From Muribaculaceae bacterium (lineage in GTDB: Bacteria; Bacteroidota; Bacteroidia; Bacteroidales; Muribaculaceae), in contig JAFVPD010000016.1 of assembly GCA_017505535.1 (NCBI GenBank), positions 192 to 64,191 of the forward strand: a stretch of 64,000 bases of DNA. Direction: 5' to 3'. Numbering within the stretch: the stretch's first letter is position 1; the number at the start of each line of letters is the position of its first letter. Positions 18,652 to 28,367 of the stretch are shown one piece after another. A program made the translations under genes and the position numbers. Below the pieces are notes generated by a model. That model worked only from the letters and a program-made list of their open reading frames with translations. It made no database searches and had not been told where the DNA came from.

Positions 18652-20586
18652 TTACAGATTGTCACATTCCTCCAACCACAATGCCGAATTGGCATCAGAT
18701 GGCATGCGCCAATCACCTCTTGGCGATAGGCTCACACTTGCCACTTTGGGCCCATCGGGAAGGCACGAGCGTTTAAACTGTTGATTGAAGAAACGACGAA
18801 AAAACGTCTTGAGCCAATACTTTATTGTGTCATCGTCATATACACCCTCAAAGGCCACTCGCTCAAGCTTATAAATCTTGCGTGGAGAGTATCCATAGCG
18901 CAACACATAGTATAGCACAAAATCATGCAATTCATAGGGGCCCACCAAGTCTTCGGTTTTTTGCTTGATGTTACCGCTATCATCAGCCGGAATGAGTTCG
19001 GGGCTGATTGGAGTGTCAACTATATCCAAAAGAATTTCTTTAGTCGCATTGTCTTGCATATCCAGTGCGATCCATTTCACAAGATGTTTGACAAGCGTTT
19101 TGGGTACGCCTGCGTTCACACCATACATCGACATGTGGTCGCCATTGTATGTAGCCCAGCCAAGAGCCAACTCCGACAAATCACCTGTGCCGAGCACCAT
19201 TCCGCCCTTCTGATTGGCTATATCCATAAGCAATTGTGTTCGTTCACGTGCTTGGGAGTTTTCGTATGTGACATCGTGCACATTAATATCGTGGCCAATG
19301 TCGGCAAAATGTTGCTTGACAGCCGGGACAATTGAGATTTCCTTAATAGTGATTCCGAGCAACTCCATGAGCTTGATTGCATTGTTATAGGTGCGGTCGG
19401 TAGTACCAAATCCGGGCATTGTTACTCCCACGATTCCCGTTCTATCTAATCCCAATTCATCAAACGCCCTAACTGCCACGAGAAGAGCCAATGTTGAATC
19501 AAGACCTCCGGAAATACCCACAACGAGCGAATGACTATGAGTCACCTCCAAACGGCGCACAAGCCCTGCCACCTGAATATTAATTGCCTCGGCATAGCTC
19601 TCTTCTTTATTGGTTAATGGAATGAATGGTGTTGGGTTTACTTGTCGGAGCAATTTACCACTCGCATTTCGTTTACAATTACTTTCACTACAAGAAATGG
19701 TATAGTATTCCAATCCACGTAGCTCCCTTTCGCCACAATCGTTAAAGGTTGAATGATGAATGCGGTCACGATTAATTGCGTCAATATCAATATCGGCCAC
19801 AACCACTTTTTCTTCACGCGACCATCTTTGCGACTCGGCAAGCAAAGAGCCATTTTCAGCTATAAAGGCCTTTCCATCAAACACCACATCGGTTGTTGAT
19901 TCACCATATCCGGCGCCGGCATATACATAGGCAGCCATACAACATGCCGATTGCTGAAGAATGAGCGATTTTAATTGTTGATATTTCCCGATAAGGTCAT
20001 TTGAAGCCGACAGATTAACTAATACCTGAGCGCCGGCCAATGCAGCACGACTTGAGGGCGGTATCGGAGTCCACAAATCTTCACAAACCTCCGCAGCCAC
20101 AAGCACACCATCAATCTCAAACATTTGACGACATGTCATTGAAACATTTTGTCCGGCAATGTTGACAATTTCGTCAACATCAGCACCGCTACGCCACCAA
20201 CGTTTTTCATAAAACTCGTTATATTCTGGTATATATGATTTTGGCACACAACCTACTATTTTACCATTTTGAATTGCGACAGCACAATTGTACAATTTGT
20301 TATTGTGGACAATAGGAGCGCCCACAAATAGAATCATATCCCAATTTGTAGAAGCCATCGCAAGCAAGCCTATGCACTCTTGAGCACTATCAAGGAGAGT
20401 TGACGAATGAAACAAATCGGCACAAGTGTAACCGGTAATAGCCATTTCGGGGAATACCGCAACCTTTACCGATTGCTCATATAAGCGGTTACATTGCTCG
20501 ATTATATTCATGTAATTACTTCGGCAATCACCAATACTCAACTTGGGCACAACAGCCGCCACTCTAAAAAATCCATTATCCATCAT
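18652..20586 (-). CDS. nadE: Glutamine-dependent NAD+ synthetase
   Basis: 644 aa with an N-terminal CN-hydrolase domain and a C-terminal PP-loop (ISGGLDST). Confidence 0.92.
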   Translation of the reverse strand: MMDNGFFRVAAVVPKLSIGDCRSNYMNIIEQCNRLYEQSVKVAVFPEMAITGYTCADLFHSSTLLDSAQECIGLLAMASTNWDMILFVGAPIVHNNKLYNCAVAIQNGKIVGCVPKSYIPEYNEFYEKRWWRSGADVDEIVNIAGQNVSMTCRQMFEIDGVLVAAEVCEDLWTPIPPSSRAALAGAQVLVNLSASNDLIGKYQQLKSLILQQSACCMAAYVYAGAGYGESTTDVVFDGKAFIAENGSLLAESQRWSREEKVVVADIDIDAINRDRIHHSTFNDCGERELRGLEYYTISCSESNCKRNASGKLLRQVNPTPFIPLTNKEESYAEAINIQVAGLVRRLEVTHSHSLVVGISGGLDSTLALLVAVRAFDELGLDRTGIVGVTMPGFGTTDRTYNNAIKLMELLGITIKEISIVPAVKQHFADIGHDINVHDVTYENSQARERTQLLMDIANQKGGMVLGTGDLSELALGWATYNGDHMSMYGVNAGVPKTLVKHLVKWIALDMQDNATKEILLDIVDTPISPELIPADDSGNIKQKTEDLVGPYELHDFVLYYVLRYGYSPRKIYKLERVAFEGVYDDDTIKYWLKTFFRRFFNQQFKRSCLPDGPKVASVSLSPRGDWRMPSDANSALWLEECDNL

Positions 20587-20635
20587 ATAGACGAGTTTTA
20601 TAGTTTAACGCAAAATTACTATATTTTTCTGACCT

Positions 20636-20668
20636 AAAAAGAGAATGGCGCGACAAAACTGTCGCGCC
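20636..20668 (-). terminator. Terminator after the SusD-like gene
   Basis: GGCGCGACA-AAACT-GTCGCGCC forms a GC-rich stem. On the minus strand it is followed by TTCTCTTTTT. Confidence 0.7.
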
Positions 20669-20700
20669 ACTCTTTAATTTACTCTAAAATCTATCTCAGA

Positions 20701-22404
20701 TTATTTCCAACCTGGGTTTTGACCAAGATTTGGATTGAGAGTGATTTGACCTGATGGAATAGGATAGAGATAATGTTTAGCTTCATAGATACGAGATGCA
20801 CCTTTTGAAGTTTGGATATAACCATCAGCATTAATATCTACTTCCAAGTCAGGAATATTACCTACATTAGCACCGAGAAGAATGTCAGGGTTCTTGTTAG
20901 TATCAAGTTTGTCAAGTTGGTGCCAACGGATCAAGTCCCAATAACGAGACCAATTGTCAAGCATCAATTCGCAACGACGGCAACGACGGATTTCCCAAAG
21001 GAGATTTGAAACGCCCATATCGTTAGCAGGGTCAGCTGCAGGAGCAGTAGTCATGTCAGGAAGACCTGCACGAGCTTGAAGTTTGTTGATTGTGTTATTA
21101 AGATCTGCTTGAGAGATAGTACCCAATTCAGCTTTAGCTTCAGCAAATGCCAAATAAACAGGAGCCAACCAGAATACAGGAGCATCTGAATAGTTTTTAT
21201 TGTTTTGGTCACGATTAGCCAAAGCATATTTAGCAGGATCATCATATTTACCAATAGTATAACCTGTAACAGATGTCATGTTAGGAGCATCGGGCACGAA
21301 ATCACGAACATAACCACGACCTTTGAAACCTAAATATGGGTCAACGATAGCAGCAAGACGTTTGTCGCGAGTTTGAAGAACTTTAGCGATAGAAGCTTTA
21401 CCTGTTGCAGCGTCCAATTCAGCAGCATCGTTTTTATCCAATGTAGTAGTAGCCAAAGGCTTACCATCAAGGAACAAGAAGCTATCAAAAGCATCTTTAG
21501 TGATACCGTGTTGGTTAGAAGAAGAACAAGTGTAGCTAATCAAAGAGTGCATGAACAAATCCAATTTATAATCTTTGAAGAAGATCATTTCAGGATTTGA
21601 AGCCAAGTCATCAGAATCGTAGTTACCTTTATAGGTAGCATTCAATGTGTAACCATGAGCGAATACTGCATTACATGCATTCACACATTCATTCAAGAAT
21701 TTCTTAGCGCGTTCTGCATCAGGAGCTTTACCATTGTCGGCAGCTGTGCGGTATTTACAGAAAGTACCTTCATACAAGCAAATCTCAGCTTTCATAGCGT
21801 TAACCATACCATTATTCCAAGTAGTTTTAGATGTACCTGTGATAACGCTGTTTGCAAAGTTGAGGTCTTCGAGTACTTTATCCATGATGAGGTCACGATC
21901 TTCACGTTCACCATAAAGGATTGGGCTTGCTGGGTCAAGAGCAGTGTCAACCCAGGGTACATTACCATACATGCGCACCAATTGATAGTATTGCCAAGCG
22001 CGATTCAAGCGAGCAATACCTTCATAATAAGCCTTAGTTTCTTCATCAAGAGAAGACATTTTAAGACCATCGGTGATATAACCAATACCACGGAGTTCTT
22101 CCCAGAAACCAGCCCAAGTACTACTTGATGCAGGAACATTAGTAAATGTCCAAGTGTCGAAAGTAGCATTAGCTTGGTCATCGCTCAAAGTCTTGAAATA
22201 GAACCAGCTGTTAGTGCCGGCACCATTACCATAACCATAGTAATTTTCATAGAGACGATTACATTGATTTTCCAAGTTCACTGTATTGCTCCAATACTCA
22301 GGGTTGTTTATAAACTCATCCAACGGATCTTTGGTAACTGTATCTTCACAGCTAACCAAACCCATTGTTGCAGCAACCGCTCCAATTATAAATAATCTTT
22401 TCAT
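20701..22404 (-). CDS. SusD/RagB family nutrient-binding outer membrane lipoprotein
   Basis: 567 aa with a lipoprotein signal peptide (GLVSC). Lies directly downstream of the SusC-like gene. Confidence 0.92.
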   Translation of the reverse strand: MKRLFIIGAVAATMGLVSCEDTVTKDPLDEFINNPEYWSNTVNLENQCNRLYENYYGYGNGAGTNSWFYFKTLSDDQANATFDTWTFTNVPASSSTWAGFWEELRGIGYITDGLKMSSLDEETKAYYEGIARLNRAWQYYQLVRMYGNVPWVDTALDPASPILYGEREDRDLIMDKVLEDLNFANSVITGTSKTTWNNGMVNAMKAEICLYEGTFCKYRTAADNGKAPDAERAKKFLNECVNACNAVFAHGYTLNATYKGNYDSDDLASNPEMIFFKDYKLDLFMHSLISYTCSSSNQHGITKDAFDSFLFLDGKPLATTTLDKNDAAELDAATGKASIAKVLQTRDKRLAAIVDPYLGFKGRGYVRDFVPDAPNMTSVTGYTIGKYDDPAKYALANRDQNNKNYSDAPVFWLAPVYLAFAEAKAELGTISQADLNNTINKLQARAGLPDMTTAPAADPANDMGVSNLLWEIRRCRRCELMLDNWSRYWDLIRWHQLDKLDTNKNPDILLGANVGNIPDLEVDINADGYIQTSKGASRIYEAKHYLYPIPSGQITLNPNLGQNPGWK

Positions 22405-22425
22405 ATTTAGTTATCTTTAATGTTA

Positions 22426-25400
22426 TTAGAATGTTACTTGAAGACCAAATGAGAGTGTGCGGGTAATAGGAGCAATACGTCCCCATGTACCGTTACCTAA
22501 AGCTCCTTGTCCTGCGTTGATTTCAGGGTCAACAGGGAGGTCATGTCCTTTGTGCAACAAGCAAAGATTATCAGCACTGAAGTAAAGACGAGCTTTTTCA
22601 ATGAAAGCTTTGCGAGTCAACAATTTAGGAAGAGTATAACCAAATGTTACGTTTTTCAAACGAAGGTATGACATGTCAACCAAGTAGCGTGTTTGAGGAT
22701 AGTAGTTGTGACAACCGGGGCCTACGCCTGATACGGTACCAGAATATTCGTTACCGGGATATAGACGTGGGAAGTCGTAGCTTTGGTTAATGTCAACGAT
22801 ACCTTGAGCAGGTTCATATTGACAGTAGCTTGTTTGGTTTGCATACAATGTCAAGTCAGCAGAACGCATCAATGGGAATGCAAATGCAGATTGAGTCCAT
22901 GCTGAACGTTTTCCTACACCTTGGAAATACAAGTCAATGTCAAATCCTTTCCATGCACCACCTACGTGGAAGCTATATTCGTAGCGAGGCATTGTGTTAC
23001 CAATAACTTTCAAGTCACCATGGTTGTCAGCTGAACCTACAGGTACTACGTTACCATTGGCATCTTTCATGTTGGGATCACCACCATTGATTACGCCATC
23101 ACCATTGAGGTCTTTAAACTTGATGTCACCAGGGCCATAAACGAAGTTGTCAGATTGAAGACCAGTTTGGTCAGCTACACCTTGCTTATAGTTCCATGAA
23201 CCATCAGCATTTTGTCCGTTGAAGTCATCTTCGGTGAAGTAGCGATCTGTTTCAAATCCCCAGATGTCGCCATAAACTTCACCTGGATATCTTTGTCCGA
23301 GCAATTTAGCGTCTGTATTCCATTTAGTAACAACAGCCTTAGCATCAGCAAGATTTGCGTTAACATAAACGTCAACATCGCCAAAACGATGGTTCCAGTT
23401 TACAGAAAGTTCCCAACCACGAGTGCGGAGAGTACCGGCATTTTCCCATGGAGAATCAGCACCCAATACGTCGGGTAATACTTTGGCAGGAGCAAGCATG
23501 TCGCGGTTTTCACGTTGGAACCAGTCGAAACCAACTGTCAAAGAGTTATTCAAGAAACCGAGGTCAAGACCTACGTCGAGAGTGCGGATACGTTCCCAAG
23601 TGAGGCTCTTAGATGACAATGTAGGCATATCAAATTGATTAACTTTGTTTGAGCCGTTAATCCAATGTACTGAACCATCACTGATTTTACCAATAGTAGA
23701 AATGAACATATATTCACCGATTGCATCGTTACCGATTTCACCAAAAGAGAAACGGAGTTTACCATTGTTAACGATGTCTTTCAATTGAGCGAAGTAAGCT
23801 TCTTCAGAGAAACGATAACCTGCTGACATTGATGGGAAGAATGCCCACTTGTCACCAACGGGGAATGAAGAAGAACCATCATAACGTCCGTTCAATTCCA
23901 ACAAGTAGATACCTTTGTAGTCATAGTTGATACGACCGAAGTAACCTGCAGTACCGCTGTGACCAGCCCAAGAGCTTGCATATTGGTTACCTGTTGAAAG
24001 GTTCAATTGAGGAAGTTGTTGGTTAATCATTTGATTTCTCTCACCGCTGAAACCTTCATATTGAATACCTTCGGCATTACCACCAAGCATGATATTGAAG
24101 TTGTGAGCTTTGTTTAGAGAGAAGTTGTAGTTACCATATACGTTAACTGCATAAGTATTGTACTTATCATTTGTTCGAACTGCAGTTGTGCTACCTGGGC
24201 CTACAATATTTGAAGGGGTTATAGATCCCCAACCATAACCATATACAGTATAGTCGGCATATTTTTCACCGATGTTACGTACTTCGTAAGTGAAGTCGGC
24301 ATTAATTGTAAGACCTTTGATGACGTCTGCTGTCAAATAAGCAGTCATTTTAGTTTGGTCTTGAGTGCGAGTACGAGGACCGGCTTGTTTGATTTCACTC
24401 AACGCACGGAAGTCAAGGCCATCAAGTGTACCATAAGGGCCGAAGAAAGAACCCCAGCGCCAGAGGTATTGATATGGGTTCAACCAAAAGTATGGGCGAG
24501 TGTATTCGCGACGATTCCAGCTATAACGTGTACCAACTTTCAACCAGTCAGTTACTTTAGTATTCAAGTCAACTGATACGTTGAATTTTTCCATTTCATC
24601 AGGATTAGCTTTCATTTGTCCTTCCTTATGGCTATAACTAAATGAAGCATAGTAGTTGGTTGTATTGCTTGAACCAGATAATGATACATTGTGGCTTTGA
24701 GAAGGAGCAGCATCGTTATAGAAGATGTCTTGAACATCCCAATCGGCATAGAAGTAAGGAGTTCCGTCAACGACTGCATAGTCACCTACGTTGTCCCAGC
24801 TTTCGAATGGGCGCAATTCACGATAGCCTGATTTGCCACTGTTTTGTTGTTTCCAAGCTTCAGCATAAGGAAGCATAGTTTCAAAGTACATACCGAAAAG
24901 TTCACCTGGGTCATCAGATTGGCGAGCTTTACCTTGAATAGCAGCCTTCAACTGAGTTGGTACATCGGGATAGTTGGGAAGATATGTAGCCTTATCCCAT
25001 GCAAAGTTGTTTGAGTAGTTAACTGAGATGCGATCTTGTTCCTTAGCGCCTTTAGTTGTTACCAAGATAACACCGAATGCAGCACGAGAACCGTAGATTG
25101 CAGATGAAGCGGCATCTTTCAATACTGAGATTTTTCGATGTCTTGAGTGTTAAGCCAAGAAAGATTATCAGTTGGCACACCGTCAACCACGATAAGGGGG
25201 TTAGAAATTTGATTATTACTCAAAGTACCAACGCCACGAATGCGCATTGTAGCGGTTTCAGAGATGTCACCTGAAGTTTGAGTAATAGTCAAGCCTGGAA
25301 CAGCACCTTGAAGTGCTTTAGCAACGTCGGTTTGAGGACGTCCTTCCATAGTTTTAGCAACATCAACAGATGTAACTGCACCTGTCAAGTTTACTTTCTT

Positions 25401-25760
25401 TTGAGTGCCATAACCTACGATTACAACCTCGTCAAGAAGAGCATCAGATGGAACGAGAGTGAAAACCATTCCGGGAGCAGCAGTAGCTTCAGCAGCACGA
25501 TAGCCGATGTAGCTCACTTTAAGCATTGTTCCGGGTTTTACTTTCACACTGAATTTACCATCAATGTCGGTAGCTGCACCATTGCGTGCATTACCTTTTT
25601 CAAACACACTGGCACCAATAACCGGATCACCATTTTCGTCAACGACTGTACCGGTGATGGTACCAACTGATTGCTCGGCGGCCTGTGGTTCAGGATTTGC
25701 AAATGCCATAACGGGCATTCCGCAAGCCAGCAATAGGGATAAATAAAGATGTTTTCTCAT
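22426..25760 (-). pseudogene. SusC/RagA TonB-linked outer membrane protein, split by a frameshift at an A5 run
   Basis: ORF 25119-25760 encodes the signal peptide, carboxypeptidase-regulatory-like domain and DEVVIVGYGTQKKVNLTGAV. ORF 22426-25122 encodes the plug motif (S)VLKDAASSAIYGSRAA and the barrel ending in F. The two frames meet at GAAAAATC (25131-25135). Confidence 0.85.
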
Positions 25761-25948
25761 AAAATTAATAATTGATTAGTACTAATTGCTATATATTTTT
25801 AGCTTTTTTGCAATTGATAGATTTAGTTTAATTTGTTTTGTTTCAGATATTAGTCAAGGCGTCAAGTGTAGCCCGTTTTTAAATAATTTGGCATAAAATA
25901 AGTTATTTAATACTCTATCTCATCATTAGAGACATTAATTATAATATG

Positions 25949-25956
25949 CAAATTTA
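25949..25956 (-). promoter_or_regulatory. -7 box (TAAATTTG) upstream of the SusC-like gene
   Basis: The reverse complement of CAAATTTA matches TAnnTTTG, about 190 nt upstream of the ATG at 25760. Confidence 0.35.
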
Positions 25957-26252
25957 GACATTTTCAGACAAATAACAATTTTTATATCAAAAAAAATTAA
26001 GGCTACATCGAAAAATCTTTTTAACATTGGATTATCCTCTTCCTCTAAGACATGCACTACCAACGCGTACGCATCTATGGCTCAACAATTTACACATAAA
26101 TACAAGCATGACAATTTCTAAACGAAAACAGTTTCAATATTTATAAAATTTTACCAATAAGCCGATATTTTACCGGTATATCCCAAAAAAAATACGAGCC
26201 ATGGACGTGACTCGCATTTTAAATATCGAAATGACGTTGTTTTGACCTGATG

Positions 26253-27089
26253 TTATAGCTGAATTTGGGTGGCCATGGCCGACTGGCACATGAAGAAACT
26301 TGCCATTTCAGAAAAGCGTGAAGCATTCTCGGTTGTGAGATATTGACGGGAGCCATTCCTCGAACATTTGATGTCCATCTCGGGGTGACGTCGCAAATAG
26401 TCCTTTAGGCTTTCGGCAACGATTTCGCCCTGTGTCACAATGCGTGCTGTTGATGGCACATATTGTCTTATTTTTTGCAACAACAAGGGGTAATGGGTGC
26501 ATCCAAGTATCACGGTATCAATATCAGGGCATTGACTAAACAAGCGTTCAACTTCTTGTTTCACAAAGTAGTCGGCTCCGGGATTTTCAGCCTCTCGATT
26601 TTCCACCAATGGCACCCACATCGGGCAACTTTGCACATAGGTGTTGAAGTCGGGATATAACTTAGCTATTTCAAGTTCGTATGAGTGGCTTTGCACAGTG
26701 CCGGGAGTGCCAAAAATCCCAACATTTCCGTTGAGCGAAATCTTGCCAATCTCCTCTACCGTAGGGCGTATCACGCCAAGCACTCGTCGTGTTTCATCAA
26801 TGCGGGCCAAATCGTTTTGCTGAATCGTGCGCAATGCTTTTGCCGATGCTGTATTACACGCAAGTATAACCAAATGGCAACCTTGATTAAACAAGTATTC
26901 AACGGCTTGCAGAGTAAACTCATAAACAATTTCAAACGAGCGAGTTCCGTAGGGAGCTCGAGCATTATCGCCTAAATATAGGAAGTCATAGTCGGGCATG
27001 AGTCGACACATATCCTTCAATATAGTGAGACCTCCATAGCCTGAATCAAAGACTCCAATGGGCCCGGGTGTTTTATCGTTTTGTTTCAT
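26253..27089 (-). CDS. murI: Glutamate racemase
   Basis: 278 aa with the DSGYGGL, ACNTAS and GCTHYP motifs. Confidence 0.93.
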   Translation of the reverse strand: MKQNDKTPGPIGVFDSGYGGLTILKDMCRLMPDYDFLYLGDNARAPYGTRSFEIVYEFTLQAVEYLFNQGCHLVILACNTASAKALRTIQQNDLARIDETRRVLGVIRPTVEEIGKISLNGNVGIFGTPGTVQSHSYELEIAKLYPDFNTYVQSCPMWVPLVENREAENPGADYFVKQEVERLFSQCPDIDTVILGCTHYPLLLQKIRQYVPSTARIVTQGEIVAESLKDYLRRHPEMDIKCSRNGSRQYLTTENASRFSEMASFFMCQSAMATQIQL

Positions 27090-27137
27090 AACGCAAATTT
27101 ACCTAATATTTGGCAAAAACAAAATCATTGCACGCAT

Positions 27138-27174
27138 AAAAAAGAGCGATAAATCGGTAAAGACTTATCGCTCT
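27138..27174 (-). terminator. Terminator after the distal OmpH gene
   Basis: AGAGCGATAA...TTATCGCTCT forms a 10-bp stem followed by T6 on the minus strand. Confidence 0.8.
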
Positions 27175-27197
27175 ATGCTATTTATTGAGAGTTTTTA

Positions 27198-27704
27198 TTA
27201 TTTAACGCCAAGTTTTGCTTTCACCATTGGAGTTACATCAACGACAGTAGCACCTGTATATACCGGAACAACATCGGGGAAGATAAATGTAAACCCGTTT
27301 TCTGTTCCAACGGCTTGGATAGCTGTTTGGATTTTTTGTTGAATTGGGGCCATCAATTGTTCTTGTTGACGTTGAAGGTCTTGTTGTGCAGTAGCTTGGA
27401 ATTGAGAAATTTTTTGTTGGAATTCTTGAATTTCTTGAATTCTACGATCTTTGATTGCTTGAGGAGTATTTGCATCATTTTCAAGAGCTTGGAATTCAGT
27501 ATATTTTTTCTGAAGTTCACCTCTTAGTTTATTGAATTCTTCTTCATAACCTTTTGAAACGGTGTCAAGTTTTGCTTGAGCAGCAGTTTTATCGGGAAGA
27601 GCCTCAAAAACATCATTGGCATTAACTACACCAAATTTAGGAGCTTGTGCAAACACGCACATAGGGAATGCAATCGCAATTGCTAACAAAATTTTCTTAA
27701 TCAT
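27198..27704 (-). CDS. OmpH/Skp family periplasmic chaperone
   Basis: 168 aa with a signal peptide and a coiled-coil Q/E/K-rich core. Occupies the conserved position downstream of bamA. Confidence 0.85.
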   Translation of the reverse strand: MIKKILLAIAIAFPMCVFAQAPKFGVVNANDVFEALPDKTAAQAKLDTVSKGYEEEFNKLRGELQKKYTEFQALENDANTPQAIKDRRIQEIQEFQQKISQFQATAQQDLQRQQEQLMAPIQQKIQTAIQAVGTENGFTFIFPDVVPVYTGATVVDVTPMVKAKLGVK

Positions 27705-27761
27705 TTTAATATAGTGTTATGTTATTATTTGTTGATTTTAGGTTCTTTATAAATTCTTGTG

Positions 27762-27769
27762 CAAAGATA
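27762..27769 (-). promoter_or_regulatory. -7 box (TATCTTTG) between the two OmpH genes
   Basis: The reverse complement of CAAAGATA matches TAnnTTTG. Confidence 0.4.
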
Positions 27770-27775
27770 AATGTT

Positions 27776-28291
27776 TTATTTGGAATATCCTAACTTATCC
27801 AGCACCTCATTGCTGACATCAATGCGAGGCGACGCATATATGATATTTGCCGATGAAGCTCTATCAAATATTACTTGATACCCACGTTCCTCTGAAACTT
27901 TCTTGATAGCATTGTAGATGTCATCTTGGATTGGCTTCATGAGGCTTTGGCGTTTTTTGTATAATTCGCCTTCGGGTCCAAAATATTGATTGCGCAATTC
28001 AGTTGCTTCTTTTTCTTTTGCAACAATTTCTTCTTCACGTTTTTTCTTTTGATCGTCGGTGAGGAAAACCATGTCGGCTTGATAGTTCTTATAGAGTGTT
28101 TCAGCTTCTTTGGCTTTATTTTCCACCTCTTTTTGCCATCGTTGCGACACTTGATTTAGTTGTTCGTTTGCCATTTCATAAGATGGAACGTTTTTCAAGA
28201 TGTATTCCATATCAACAAGAGCAAATTTCTGTGCCATTGCACCTATTGTTGTTGCGAGCACGAGCAAAAGAGTTAATGTCAATTTTTTCAT
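27776..28291 (-). CDS. OmpH/Skp family periplasmic chaperone
   Basis: ORF 27776-28309 trimmed to the ATG that gives the signal peptide MKKLTLTLLLVLATTIGAMAQ. Confidence 0.85.
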   Translation of the reverse strand: MKKLTLTLLLVLATTIGAMAQKFALVDMEYILKNVPSYEMANEQLNQVSQRWQKEVENKAKEAETLYKNYQADMVFLTDDQKKKREEEIVAKEKEATELRNQYFGPEGELYKKRQSLMKPIQDDIYNAIKKVSEERGYQVIFDRASSANIIYASPRIDVSNEVLDKLGYSK

Positions 28292-28367
28292 AACGTAGTA
28301 ATTTTTCAATTGTTAGAAATATAGCTTTTAACTATTAGACCAATTTACGAGATAAAAGTTTAAGCGA

